Below, in pieces: positions 21,330-34,339 of a DNA stretch of 64,000 bases. Made by a program: the position numbers and the translations under genes. The first letter of the stretch is position 1; the number at the start of each line of letters is the position of its first letter. The stretch comes from Bispira polyomma (lineage: Eukaryota), in the NCBI GenBank assembly GCA_965649765.1, contig OZ287756.1, positions 10,912,001 to 10,976,000 of the forward strand. The letters are read 5' to 3'. The notes beneath the pieces were generated by a model. That model was not told the DNA's origin and searched no databases. It saw only the letters and a list, made by a program, of their open reading frames with translations.

Positions 21330-24300
21330 TGTAATGCCATATTTTGCATCCCTACCATATTTTACACCCCCTCTTTGATCTTTTAGGGGGTGCATTATAT
21401 GGCTGCCATATTTTACACCCCTAACAATGGGGATTAAGGGGGTGCAAAATATGGCTGCCATATTTTATACCCCCCATCATACACCCCTTATATTATGATC
21501 AAATCAGTGATATCTATTCTTTCTTGAGGAATTACAATTAAATTTAGGGCATTGTTTTTCACTTTATCTATGTTATTGAGACCTCATTTACACTCTTTTT
21601 AAGTAATTGTGTGAAACAAAAAGTCAATGATTTAAAACACATGATAAAATGATATAACCAATTTATTAGTATATTCAGTTAAAAAACATGATATTTATAA
21701 AATTATATTCACTTTGATTATATAGTATGAATTGTGATATTTACAATATTATTTAACTTTGATAATACAGTATAAAATGTGATATTTACAATTTTATTTA
21801 ACTTTAATAATACAGTATAAAATGTGATATTTACAATATTATTTACCTTTGATAATACAGTTTGAAAAATGTTACATACTTAAATCACATTTTGATCACA
21901 TTATCACACATAGTCTGTAGTTTAAATGTCCCTTCGAACAATAGATTTTCTTTGTCTTTTTTTTGGTGCCTGGAAACATACTCATGTGGCCTGCCTCAAT
22001 ACAAGAAAGTAGGTGTCCCCTCATTTCACCCTGGCTAAGTTGAAAATCTGCAGCAAACAGTCCACAGTCCAGAATGCCAGTCTGCTGAGTAATATCACTC
22101 GTTATGTACTCCTTGATGTCACCATACATGTTCCTTAAAATTACGTTTGTGTCGATGGGTAACTCTCCACTGTTGGATTGCATACTGTCGTGTATGAATA
22201 GTTCTTGTTGTTTCACAGCAGAGGCAATCCATTGATTTCTAGATCCTTGGTGGATAACTTGCACACTGTCACAATTCAAACTGACATGTTCACAATGTTC
22301 TTGACTCTGAAGAACAAGAGTTGACTGGAGGCCCTTCATGTTTAAAAACTGCTTTTTAAGGATGGACGACACTGCATCAATGCACCTGTCATTCAGCTCA
22401 TCATTCAAAAGAGTGTCCCTATCCGAAGAGTTAAGGTTGAGACCTTTTAACCACACACTAGGGTCACTGACGGAGGGTAGTACATCTTCTGTTTCAAGTT
22501 TTCTTTTTTTGAAGGCACTCTCTCTGTTGCTTGATTCTGTGGTATGATACAGCTTGAATCGCATGGAGTTGTATGTTTTTCCAAGCACTTTCTGTGTCTT
22601 AACATTCTTTAGTCTGTACACTCCTTTACCCAGCTCCTCAACAATTTCATAAGGGCCAGCAAAATGTGATTCCATTTTACCCCCTTGACGAGCTAGTCTT
22701 GTCATATTTTTTAGTAAAATTTGCGAGCCTTGTTTGAATGATGGGATTGTATGTCTCTTGTCAAAGTTCTTTTTCTGTATAGCTTGTGCTTTGAGAATGT
22801 TATCAGAAGCCAGCTCTTTAATTTTGTATTTCACATTCAACATCGAGGTCATGTACTGGTTAAAGATGTCTTCATCATAAAGTATAGGTTGCGAAGTTTC
22901 TTTTAACTCTGTCTCACCACCAAATTCAACATCTACTGGAAGACGTGGCTCCTTGTGAAATACCATAAAATATGGAGAAAATCCAGTGGACTCATGACGA
23001 GTAGTTCTGTAAGCCAACAATATTGGATCTAAATGTTCATTCCAGTCATTCTGTGTGTCATGGTCTATGACTTTGCGGAGAGCTGTCTGAAGTGTCCCAT
23101 TCCAGCGTTCATCTAATCCATTTGTCATTGGATGATATGCTGTGGCTATCCGTTTGCTAATGTCCATCAGTCGGCACAACTCTTCATTCACTTGATTGAG
23201 AAACTCTGTCCCCTGGTCATGAATAAACACTGATGCTGCACCTTTCTCGCACTGCAGCTTGTATAGGACACTGGCAACTGTGTATGCTGTTTTGCCTTTT
23301 ATAGGGATAGCTTCCGCCCACTCGGTGAAATAACAGCAGCATGTCAGCATGTAGTTGTATCCAGAAGATGTGGTTGTTAGTGGCCCAACCAGGTCAACTC
23401 CCACTTGGTGCCAGAATGAAGCTGTAATAATTCTGATAAGACTGCTGACTAAAAGCATAGTCATTGTTCAAATCATCTGGTGGTCAACATGGCTTGCTGT
23501 CACAAGAAGATGACATCATTCAGCAGTTTGTAAAATAAACAGATAACTTCTGATACCAAAAAACTTTTTTCTTCAGGCTTATTACTCTCTTTTATGAAAT
23601 ACTTAAATGCAATGAAAGTGTTTGCTGGAACCTGTATATATATACCCCTAAAACAAAGCCAGCCTGTTCAATACACACAAAGAAGTTTAAGGTTGTAGGT
23701 CAGAAGCCACCATAACTTATTGACATACAAGATATATTGTTAAAAACCTGACAATAGACAAGATCACAATCCAATTAACTAATCACATACTAATCAATTC
23801 TTAATAAACCCTGCTTAATCCATGTCCTGTCTCTATCAATAGTTACCCAATACACAAACAAGCTTAAGGTAAAAGGTCAGAAGCCACCACAGCTTATTGA
23901 CATACAAAAAAACCTACAACCAGATTATAACTAGTTACATGTACAATGGGAAGCCACATTCATCACTGTCCTCTTCTCATTTGATATTAATTCAATGACC
24001 TGAGGTAGCGCATTGACAATAGATAAGAACACTATCCAATTAACATACTAATCAAGTCCTAATAAGCCTACCCTGCTTGATTCCTGTCTTCTTCCTATCA
24101 AAGCTAACCCAAGACCACAATCCAATTAACTAATCACACACTAATCAAGTCTTAATACCCCTACCATGCTTGATTCCTGTCTTCGTCCTATCAAAGGTCA
24201 TCCAATACACAAACAAGCTTAAGGTTGTAGGTCAGAAGCCCCCATAACTTGTGTGCATACAAAAAATCCAATTAACTAATAAAAAATACAGCAAGGTCAA

Positions 24301-24805
24301 CCCTGTTTAATCTCATTAAGATAATATCTGTTAGTTGTAGTTGAGGTCTTTATAGAATATAATCTTACAAAGTCATATGTTCAAGCTCTCATAAATTGAT
24401 AAGTGCCCCAGTAAAGTGACAACCAAGAAGCCAAATCATACCATAATAAAAGCTCTAATTAATCACAGATATATTATCCAATTAATAATAGACTCAATGA
24501 ATTCCTTATCGCTTTTAAGTTAGATATCTCAAAGCATTGATTAATTATACCTTACTCAATATCTATAATTATTTATAACAAAAAAAACACAGGACACAGA
24601 TTAGAAAGTATAAAAATTAGAACAGAAAATATAAAAGGTTAGAATAGAAAATAAAAATAGATGTCCAGTGTCAACACTTTAGAGAGGGTGCAAAATATGG
24701 CAAGGGGGGTGTAAAATATGGCAGGGGGTGCATAATATAGCAAATCCCTTGCCATATTTTACACCCCTGATACATTTTATGGGGGATGCAAAATATGGCA
24801 CTACA
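21330..24805 (-). mobile_element. Ginger1-type DNA transposon (Gypsy-integrase-like transposase)
   Basis: TIRs TGTAATGCCATATTTTGCATCCC / GGGATGCAAAATATGGCACTACA, a 4-bp CCGG TSD (21326-21329 and 24806-24809), and subterminal GCCATATTTTACACCCC repeats. No LTRs or RT. Confidence 0.9.
21896..23464 (-). CDS. Ginger1 transposase: rve integrase DDE core, GPY/F motif and Ulp1-like protease domain (probably the 3' exon only)
   Basis: GVDLVGP / HDQGTEF / NGLDERWN with D-35-E spacing; FAGPYEI; LNDRCID...GLQST...QW...HDSM...QQTGILDCGLFA. A splice acceptor ttattacag|CTT near 23421 suggests an upstream exon. Confidence 0.85.
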   Translation of the reverse strand: MTMLLVSSLIRIITASFWHQVGVDLVGPLTTTSSGYNYMLTCCCYFTEWAEAIPIKGKTAYTVASVLYKLQCEKGAASVFIHDQGTEFLNQVNEELCRLMDISKRIATAYHPMTNGLDERWNGTLQTALRKVIDHDTQNDWNEHLDPILLAYRTTRHESTGFSPYFMVFHKEPRLPVDVEFGGETELKETSQPILYDEDIFNQYMTSMLNVKYKIKELASDNILKAQAIQKKNFDKRHTIPSFKQGSQILLKNMTRLARQGGKMESHFAGPYEIVEELGKGVYRLKNVKTQKVLGKTYNSMRFKLYHTTESSNRESAFKKRKLETEDVLPSVSDPSVWLKGLNLNSSDRDTLLNDELNDRCIDAVSSILKKQFLNMKGLQSTLVLQSQEHCEHVSLNCDSVQVIHQGSRNQWIASAVKQQELFIHDSMQSNSGELPIDTNVILRNMYGDIKEYITSDITQQTGILDCGLFAADFQLSQGEMRGHLLSCIEAGHMSMFPGTKKKTKKIYCSKGHLNYRLCVIM

Positions 24806-25651
24806 CCGGGATTGGGCGCGATATACTCAGAATTAGACTGGTATTTATCTTTTAACTTAAGTTTAACCAATAGTGCACATTTTATTGCATAAAAATAGAC
24901 TTACCTTGTCCTAACAGACGTTATAGTTGATGGCTGTCTCATGAAATGTTTGAATGTGACCATGAAGGGTCAATGAGGTAAAGTTGACCTTTGTCTAATA
25001 GTGAAGGTCATAATGATGGTGTGACCTGTGTCGGTCTGTTTGGTAGATGAGAATCGGATGCAGTTTGGGATAAATTTATTTACAATCCATTAATTTGTAT
25101 ATACATCTGTACACAAAATTTCTAATTTAAAATTTTTTAAAATGCCATACATAAATTAACACATATAATACATTAGTAACATCATTAGTATAACCTAAAA
25201 TAGGGAGGGTGGTTTGGGCAAAATTTTAGTTATTGCTTATTCAACTTCTAGTTTTGCAATGGCCTCACAATAGAAAGGGCGGCAAAATGCCTGAGTGAAC
25301 CAGTCTGCTATTGGCTATCAGTAAGTGTTCTAATAGGCTGCTGTCTCAGTAAACAAATTGTTTATAAGCATTACTGTAATATATGAAATTTCTGCGACTG
25401 AGAAGCCATGCTTAATGCAGTGACTATCACAGTCTCATGAAATGTTTGAATGTGACCATGAAGGGTCAGTGAGGTAAATTTGACCTTTGTCTAATAGTGA
25501 AGGTCATAATGATGGTGTGACCTGTGTGGGTCTGTTTGGTAGATGAGAATCGGATGCACTTTGGGATAAATTTATTTACAATCCATTAATTTGTATATAC
25601 ATCTGTACACAAAATTTCTAATTTAAAATTTTTTAAAATGCCAAGGCCAAA

Positions 25652-26630
25652 TTAGAATATTGAAGAAATGATGGAAGCAAAAGTGGAAGGGATGATAGAG
25701 GCGGCATGAGAAGTGGATTGTAGGTAGGACCAAACTGCATCTGATTTCCAACACCCATGCTTCTGGATATGTTGGAGTTGTATATTTGAATTGAAGGCTA
25801 GTGATGCGCCTGATCGTCTGAAACAATGAAATGAGTGTCCTTTATGCGGTATGTTTATGTGTGTCAGTATGCGTTTTAAAGCAATCCTGAGCTTTGTATC
25901 TGAAAGGCATTTGCCTTTGTCTAAAGGATCAGCTAATAATGGTGCTTTCCCTGACATAGGAAATTTTTGAAATAATCTCTTCACAGCAGTGAGTGAACAA
26001 AGCCAAGGGTTGCTAAGAGCAGGGAGTTGAATTATGTCTGTATGTGATCTGGTCTGATTCGTCTTCGACCACTTTAGAATCAAATGAATGCCAGGGTGAG
26101 CAAACGCCAAGTCATCCCTGGTTATGTGTCAAGTTGGATCAAATTGGTTTCCAGAAGTTGTAGTCAAGTTAAAGATTCGCAGGAATCCGAAGTATGCAAA
26201 CAAAAATGCTGTTCTGAATAATTCAGAGCAGTGAAGAATTTCACATGTTTTTGAAATTTCTATTAATTGGTGAAGTTCGAAGACGCCTTTGACCTTGGGG
26301 GAAAATCTTGAGGATAATTCGACTGATCTTTGAAAAAGTGGTAATCTTTGATCATAAAGACCATTGTCAGTAATGTTAAGAAATTTGCAAGTATGACGTA
26401 TAGCTGACAAGTAGTTGTTTATCACTTTGGGTGAAACTCCAGATTGTACTAGATATTCCATGAATGTAATAATGGTATTGAAGCTGAATGTTTCATTCAG
26501 CTCGTAATATACTGTGAAGGCCAGGAATAATCTAAACTGGCTGTTATATTATTTAGTAGTTCTGGGTCTGTGGCACTGTCTAATTCTCTGGACTGCACTT
26601 GTCAAGAGAGGTCTAGCTGTTTCTGTCATG
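25652..26630 (-). pseudogene. Tyrosine recombinase ORF with in-frame stops
   Basis: FGFLRIFNL...HSFHCFRRSGAS...HGCWKSDAVWSYL (R-H-R-Y tetrad). TGA at 26129-26131 and a further TAA near 26550. Confidence 0.85.
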
Positions 26631-26637
26631 CCTGAAA

Positions 26638-26936
26638 TTAAATTAAAGTGTCCATTAGGAACATGTCTAGTGGTATATTGTGCATTTCAAAATTTTCTTT
26701 AATCAAGTCTTTCATTTTTTGTCCATAATGTCCTAATTCATGCCAACGAAATAAACAGTCTGCAATAACGTTGTCTTTACCTGGTATGTGTTCTATTAAG
26801 AGGTCTATATTGTATTTTGCACCAAGTAGCCAAATGTTTCTCAAACATAAGCTTAAATATTTATCTTTAGTTTTCAACGACCGCACTACAGAAACCACTG
26901 CCATGTTATCCGATTTGATTTTTAATACGTTTAATA
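26638..26936 (-). pseudogene. C-terminal RNase H fragment of a DIRS/Ngaro pol
   Basis: IKSDNMAVV...IEHIPGKDNVIAD..R motif, fused directly to repeat A1. Confidence 0.8.
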
Positions 26937-27649
26937 AAAATTTTAGTTGTTGCTTATTCAACTTCTAGTTTTGCAATGCCCTCACAATAGAAAGGGCGGC
27001 AAAATGCCTGAGTGAACCAGCCTGCTATTGGCTATCAGTAAGTGTTCTAATAGGCTGCTGCCTCAATAAACAAATTGTTTATAAGCATTACTGTAATATA
27101 TGAAATTTCTGCGACTGAGAAGCTATCATACTACCTTAACCTTAACATTTGGTTCTGTATGGTGAAATTCGATTAAAAAAATTACAATTTAATGAAAGTT
27201 TCCATTAGGTAAAAGGATCATTTATACAGTAATTAAACGTTTTATCTTTTGCTGAAAATCCTTAATACATATTTCATTATAGTTATAGCTTCTCTTAATT
27301 AATTATAACCTTCTGTGTGAGGATTCACAGGAAAAGTAATTAACCCGAGTTAGTTATGTCTGAGCCAATTTACACTTCATTCAAATGCCTCGATTAACTG
27401 ATAAGCTGAAATGCAGACTTAAAAACACTCGAAACAGTTATAATCACAAATTAAAGGTACTTTAAAGAAGACTAGGCTCAATACAGGTGCATTGTTTCTC
27501 GTACAATTGTGAGAAATTACCTCTTTCATTGAATGTACTATATCTGTTAAATTGCCAATGGTTTATACTTTATAACATAGTTCATATAATGTACAATTAA
27601 AGGAACATATTGGAAACTGATTGAGGCATTAGAAGTAAGGAGAAATCAC

Positions 27650-28190
27650 ATCACCAAGTGGTCTGAATATCTCCATGTTCAAATAACCAAAGAAGAAATG
27701 GCAACATCTGTGATTGAAAACAGGATGAGGAGTTTCCAATACAAAATTTTACAGCGAATTTTAACAACAAATAAATTTTTAAATATTTGTAAAATAAAAG
27801 AAGAAAAAAACAAATTATACTTTTGTAATGTTGAAACAGAAACTTTGGAACACCTTTTCTGGAAATGTCAAATTGTCAGCCAGTTCTGGAAGAATATGGT
27901 CAAGATTTTGAAACCACAAATCAACCTACAGCACATTTTAAACATCAAGTTAATTCTGTTTGATGTTCCTTTGTCGGATAATGAAAATCTTGTGAATCAA
28001 TTGATTAATTTAATCAAACATTATATTTATGTAATTAAATGCTGTGAAAAAATCTAAGTGTGGCTGGGGCTTTAGGTAAAATTTAAGAAACTTATAAAAC
28101 AGAGCAGAACATCACAATTCAATATAATAAATGGTAAGATTTTATGACAAAAAATGGGGTCCAATAGTACAATTAATTAAAGATTAACCT
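27650..28190 (+). mobile_element. Degraded 3' end of an L1/Tx1-like LINE (zf-RVT region)
   Basis: FQYKILQRILTTN...FCNVETETLEHLFWKC..V..FW. Confidence 0.7.
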
Positions 28191-28670
28191 CCCCCAATAT
28201 TCTTATATCCCTTAAGTAGTCTACATAGTAGTACATTTTCATTGTACCTGTTAGCATCACCAAATTTTCTTCTTCTTTTTTTTGTGTGTGTATGTACATG
28301 TGTAAAAACAGTTTTATGTCATCCGTCAAATAATAATACTACCATAAAACTTACTATTTATCCTCCCTATTTGTGTTTAACTTGTATAATTTTATAACCA
28401 TCTACAGGGAATTGCGTTTTGTTAAAAATTGGAAAGCACCTACCGTTCACTAAAATGTGCATTTATATAAAGTAAGATTTATATTTAAAAGATCCAAAGT
28501 TTGTTTTTATTCTTATCTAATATACCTTAACTGTGATGTTTAAAAACGTTCAGACCAGAATTTGGAATAGACCAGATTTTGGAACATTGACTACACATAT
28601 AATAATTAGAAATTTTGGTTAGTTGTGGTGGTGTTTGAAGGTACATTGTATGAACTTTATTATGTCCAGT

Positions 28671-29556
28671 GGTGCAGCTAACGGTAGTTGTTATTTTTTT
28701 TAATTTTACTTCAGACTGTGTATGATTAGATCTGTAAGACCCTGATGGGGGGTTAGCCACCCTCGACCCTCCAGGGTTCAAAGTGAACTTGGTAAAAAAG
28801 GGTGAATAAAACTGAAAAAAAGGATAAAGTTTTAAGTGATTCCTTGGATCAAATCAGTATTCACAAATAAGAAAGAATCAATTGATCACAAAATATTGAT
28901 CCTTGGTTCTGTTATTTATTTTGTATTCCCTCAAACATCTCCTATCAGCTATATTTTATCCATCCTTATCCAAATTTATTCTACCAAATTGGCTGGATCA
29001 ACAGTTAATCCGTAAAATAATATCCCCCAAAATAAGATTACCACAGAATGTCAGATCACAGGATAAATCACTAGTTTCCGAAGGCATCTGAAAACTTACC
29101 TTTCCAGACTGGTGGTGCAGCTAACGGTAGTTGTTATTTTTTTTAATTTTACTTCAGACTGTGTATGATTAGATCTGTAAGACCCTGATGGGGGGTTAGC
29201 CACCCTCGACCCTCCAGGGTTCAAAGTGAACTTGGTAAAAAAGGGTGAATAAAACTGAAAAAAAGGATAAAGTTTTAAGTGATTCCTTGGATCAAATCAG
29301 TATTCACAAATAGGAAAGAATCAATTGATCACAAAATATTGATCCTTGGTTCTGTTATTTATTTTGTATTCCCTCAAACATCTCCTATCAGCTATATTTT
29401 ATCCATCCTTATCCAAATTTATTCTACCAAATTGGCTGGATCAACAGTTAATCCGTAAAATAATATCCCCCAAAATAAGATTACCACAGAATGTCAGATC
29501 ACAGGATAAATCACTAGTTTCCGAAGGCATCTGAAAACTTACCTTTCCAGACTGGT
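28671..29556 (+). repeat. 443-bp tandem duplication, followed by an L2/CR1-like 3' tail (to ~29710)
   Basis: 28671-29113 vs 29114-29556, one substitution noticed. Identical 62-aa ORFs at 28903 and 29346. Confidence 0.92.
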
Positions 29557-30189
29557 CTACCCCCCCCCCCCCCCCCCCCCCCCTTAGTCACCCTTACCTG
29601 GTGGACGTTTTTTGGTTATGACTTTTTGCCTGCCCCAAGACCTTCCCTTTTTGGATATCATCAGTGCCGTAGAGGATGGTTTCATCAATTTGGCGCCCTA
29701 TAAATGCTCTAATTGTAAATGTTTAGTGAGAATACCAACCTGAGCGAGCTGATCCCCCAGTTTTTTTTAGTCAAATTTTATCTGATCTGATTCGTTTTGT
29801 GAATACTAACCCTGCAGGTGTCTATGTACCAATTTACACATCCACACAATTTAATACAATGGTGACGTTATTGAGTTCTTATTTTACATAAAGCAGGAAA
29901 TTCTGCCTTTTACTGTTTTAACATACTAAACTTTATTTCTTTGGGTAACAGATATAAATTGTGAATGAGTACATATTGAAACTATATTGTTTATTTGAAA
30001 AATCTAAAACAGTATTCCAGAATCCAAAACAGTATCTGTAAGGATTGTCTTGTCTGCAAGAAAGTCTCAGTTGAGTTAGAACTAATTAAGTTGAAATATG
30101 TTTACATGTAATTTCATCATAATTTACACATATATTGTGAGAATCTTTTTCCTGATAGGTTACATGTCCTGACAATATAGGCGTACATT

Positions 30190-30460
30190 TTTTTCCAAAT
30201 AAGAAATGGGGATGGAAATACAAAGACCACATCTTAAGAAGAAAAACTGACATGAAAATGGCAATGACATGAGCCCCAGAAGGAAAAAGATAAAAGGAAG
30301 ACCCAGGGAAATATGGAGGAGGACGGTCGAAAGGGAGAGAAGAGAGATGGGGTGGTCCAACTCGAAAGAAGCAGAGGCTGTACCCAAAGACAGACCAAGG
30401 TTGAAACGAGCGCTCTCGCCTTATGCTCCAATACGAGCAAAGAGGATAAGTTAGTAATTA
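30190..30460 (+). mobile_element. RTE-like LINE 3' end fragment
   Basis: GRPREIWRRTVERE..MGW...AEAV.KDR..LK resembles the typical RTE C-terminus. Confidence 0.55.
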
Positions 30461-32226
30461 AATTCAATTGAGTCGTAGACGAGGCTAGATTTATACTAGT
30501 ACCTTTGTTTTTGCTATGTAAGCTTAAACTGTATAAAAAGTTGTTACCAGCCCAAATAAATGACACGTGACAATGGTGTGTGATGTTAAAACACTGGGTT
30601 CAAAATGTGTCATGGTTGTACCACTTTGGAGTTTATTAAGACTATTGTTTTATAGCATAGCAGGTAATCACACTAATTTGAGAGCACTTAACTCTCACCA
30701 AAATGTGTATTTATACTAACTAACATTTGTATTTCATCGAATCAAAGTTAATATTGTAACTTTCATGTGTACAGCTTCTTTTAATTGTCATGTTAAATTA
30801 GTGAAATATTATTCCAGAAACTGAAATTTTCACTTCTAAAATTTAACACGTTAATGATGCATTCATTCCATTTCAGTAATAATAGTAATAAATTAAAAAA
30901 AAAATATATCATTTCAAAACTTACATGCTGGACTACCAGAACAGCATTGTGTCTATTTTATTTTAAGTATAATGAACTCGCCTCCCACCTCTGCAGTTGT
31001 GGGTTCGAATCTCGGGCCTGAAGGAAAATTGGTAGCAGATTTGAAATCTGGTGGGTTTTAAGAGATGGAAACCATGCAATATCTTCGTTGATTTCCTCAA
31101 GCAATGACATTAAAAGTGACATTAAAACCTAAAATAAACATTTAACTGACAAGGCTCGCATTTACCAAAGATCTGAAAGTCACAATTAACTGTCCTGTTA
31201 TTTGTTGCACACAAAAGACAATAAAAAGGCAAATTTGAATTCCTCGCTGAAAGCTCTATAATACCCTGAGCATAGTCAGTTAATATTCTACTAGACTTTC
31301 TGCAAGTCTTTTTATCCCAATCATTATATGAGGGCTTTTTTTGCCTAAACACTATCGTATTTCAACAGACAAAACTTGCCATAGTAACTTCATGTATGGT
31401 GGATAAGGATAAAATACAAATACTTGTGAGCAATGTTACTAATGCATACTAAAACCAATAATGTGTTTTTAAATAAACTTTTATTTGTCCACCTATATAA
31501 GAGAAATATGTCAACCATAACTATGAGACATGGAATCTACCTAAAAAAATGATACAGAATCTCTATACGTCTAATCTTTATTTGTTTTTTTTTTCAGGCA
31601 AAAGCTCATTCATACGTTTGTGAGAAACCGACTGAATAAGGGGGATGTGGCCAGAATAGTTGTTCTTGGCCTGCAGACGAACCAGGAGACTTAAACCTTG
31701 ACCGGTAATATGAACGCCCCCAAAATCCACTGGACCAGAGAACTTTGAAGATGGTGAAATGCTTACTGATAGTGAGGATGAGGATGACATAGAAGAAAGT
31801 TTTTTCCACCACATACTTCCCCCCCCTGCGAGAACTGTCTGCACTGTTAGAGACATTGGCTATAAAAATGAAAGGAATTAAGTGCACATTCCACAATATT
31901 GAGTCACATAAATATCATTATTATTATAATACGAGTGGTTGGCAACAAAGTTTAAGAAGCATGGACTCCCCTCCCCCCCCCCCTCCCCCGCATCTGAAAA
32001 TGCAATGATTTCCCAAAGTTAATGTTTCTTCTGGCAATGTCAAACTTAAATCAATGTTCACTATAAATTTTTTACCTACTCATACCCTACAACCATACAA
32101 ATATTTTGGAGAAGAATTTCGTGCACATTACACAATATTGAGAGGGGAAACTTTCACTGTAAGGACAAATGCTTTTTGTGTGTAGAGACTCTCACAGAGG
32201 CTGTTCTCTCAGGCTGCCATCAACAG

Positions 32227-32303
32227 GGACTGACCACAAAGGCTGACCACAGAGACTGACCACAAAGACTGATCACATAAACCGATCACAGTGACTGATC
32301 ACA
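32227..32303 (+). repeat. ~13-bp minisatellite (GACTGACCACAAA-like)
   Basis: About 6 degenerate copies. Confidence 0.7.
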
Positions 32304-34164
32304 ATGGTTTATCTGTAGTGACTGTATATGATCATCACATACCAACAGTGTATATTGATCTGTAAATGCTATGATTTCCTATAGTTACTGTTTTTCTGAA
32401 AATGTAAAACTTATATCATTGTTCATTATAAATTTTAAACTTTCTTCTACAACTTTGCCAAAAGATAAATCTACCTCAAATTCACACTTATATTTGGTAG
32501 CCTTAGCTAAACCGTTAAGGATAACCTTAATCTCAATTTACTATTAAGTAATCTTAACTTACAACTCAACTTAAAGTGACCTTTTCCAAAACTTAAACTC
32601 GACTAAGCCAAGGTGGCCCTTCTCTTAGTTTTCTATTAAAACTGTAGTCTCTAGCATCGAATACAAATCATATCCCAACTTCCCTATTTTTTTCTACTTT
32701 GTGCTAAAACTATAATTAAGGTCACACTGAAGGACACTCATGGTATCATTCGATAATATATCTTTCCTTTTGAATATGTTTTCACTTTGTTGAACTTCAA
32801 TGACTTTATATTGAATGTAAATGAGTGGTATTATAACCACAAGCCAGAGTTTTAGTTTTGATTGTTACTGTTGGGCTTTAGAAGATGCCTGGCATCAATT
32901 AAATGCGTTAAAAATCTATATCATACAAGTTTGTTGGTATTTGATCTTTAGAGGAAGTGGGCCCCATACATATATATATATACTTAAACCACGTAAGTCC
33001 GTTGGATCTTTTCAACTGAAAATCAACTACTTGGTAATCTCTGTTAATCTCAATGGAGATTAAGCATGTGGTTACCTGATTGAATGATGTGTTTTCGTTA
33101 GCAAATTCCAAGAAGAGGTCTTACGGATATTTGCTATGACATCTCATGCAGCTCATTTGTTTGGGATGTTCCCTGGTATATTCCGGAAAATGACTTACTG
33201 TTCCTGATTGTTTTCACTCTGATATGGGCACGGCCATGTATGAAAGCGCTCCCATGTTGGAAATAATATGTAAGGCTTTAATGGATTGGTTGGATGCAAT
33301 CCACCAGGCCATGGTATCAGATTAACATTTTGCACACTTGTGTCTTTTTGAAAAGACAACTCTTGTTGTATTTTATGAAATATATATAATGTTCTGATAT
33401 ATGAAGAAGCTAAGTGTCCTCAAATGAGACCACTTACACGATCGAGATGTTTATTTATTGCCAGTACAATAGTAAAACTATCACAGTGGTGTGTATTTAA
33501 CAAATATATGACTGAAGAAGATAATCAGCACAATACAAACCCGGTAGGTTTGATACACACAACAGGAGTTGTTTTACATTTATTATCCACGTATGAAATA
33601 CCATTATTATGTTTTTATAGGTCAAAATATAACACAAAACAGTCAGAAAAATCCCCCAAACATTGAAAATTCACGGCAAATTATATAATACAAACGAAAG
33701 GTACTGACTTGTCACCTTAAAGAATTAGCTTCAAATACAAACTTTAGTCCAGCAGAAATTTGAAAAAGCGTGAAATTTAGTAAGAACAATGTTTTTTTCA
33801 GAAATCAAATGTTTAAGGTCTAGATCAATAATCAGACGGGTGCCACTCTGGCATTGTTGAGCAATTTTATTTATTCACCGAAATTCAAGATGGCCGCCAT
33901 ATAGACCCTAGTATATCAAAAATGCACATTAAATCGTTATTTTTTTGTCAATTTTTAAGTGTAATATATCATTTTCTTCAGAATTTTACACTCTAATACA
34001 TTCCTGAAACATTTATAAGATATTAGGGAAATTCAATATGACTAGCATACAAAAGTAACAAAACCCAGCTAAAAATCACCATGACATTGTCAATTGCAAT
34101 GCTTGTGCTTTAACTAAATGAGTTTAATAAAGTAAATTTAATGTTTCAATAATAGCGGTAGTTC

Positions 34165-34287
34165 TTCCAAAAAAGGATTGTCCATTATCAAGCAAATGTC
34201 TTTACCAAGTGAGCGCCAACCAAGTGTGAATTGCGCCAACCACTTGGTAAAGACCTTTGCTTGATAATGGACAATCCCTTTTTGGAA
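34165..34287. repeat. Hairpin / mini-MITE with ~47 bp arms
   Basis: TTCCAAAAAAGGATTGTCCATTATCAAGCAAATGTCTTTACCAAGTG ... CACTTGGTAAAGACCTTTGCTTGATAATGGACAATCCCTTTTTGGAA. Confidence 0.85.
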
Positions 34288-34339
34288 CTCAATGCATTAG
34301 AAATTATATTATTATTATTTTTATACTCAAGATAGAATC

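Larger units (their letters stand above)
24936..27123 (-). mobile_element. Internally deleted Ngaro/PAT-type tyrosine-recombinase retrotransposon with split direct repeats
   Basis: On the minus strand: A1 (27123-26937), RNase H fragment, YR, B1 (25643-25432), A2 (25406-25220), B2 (25147-24936). A is 187 bp and B is 212 bp, both as near-identical pairs. Confidence 0.88.

Noticed and set aside
21896-23464. Gypsy LTR retrotransposon integrase or domesticated GIN1 gene
   Set aside because: Flanked by TIRs and a CCGG TSD with no RT or LTR, which fits Ginger1.
26129-26131. In-frame TGA in the tyrosine recombinase as a Sec or readthrough codon
   Set aside because: It aligns with Arg in the related element (FDPTRHFT at ~37260), another stop is present upstream, and no SECIS was seen. 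It is an ordinary nonsense mutation.
31600-31880. Acidic coding-like stretch (EDGEMLTDSEDEDDIEE)
   Set aside because: Short, interrupted by stops, and no recognisable family or convincing exon structure.
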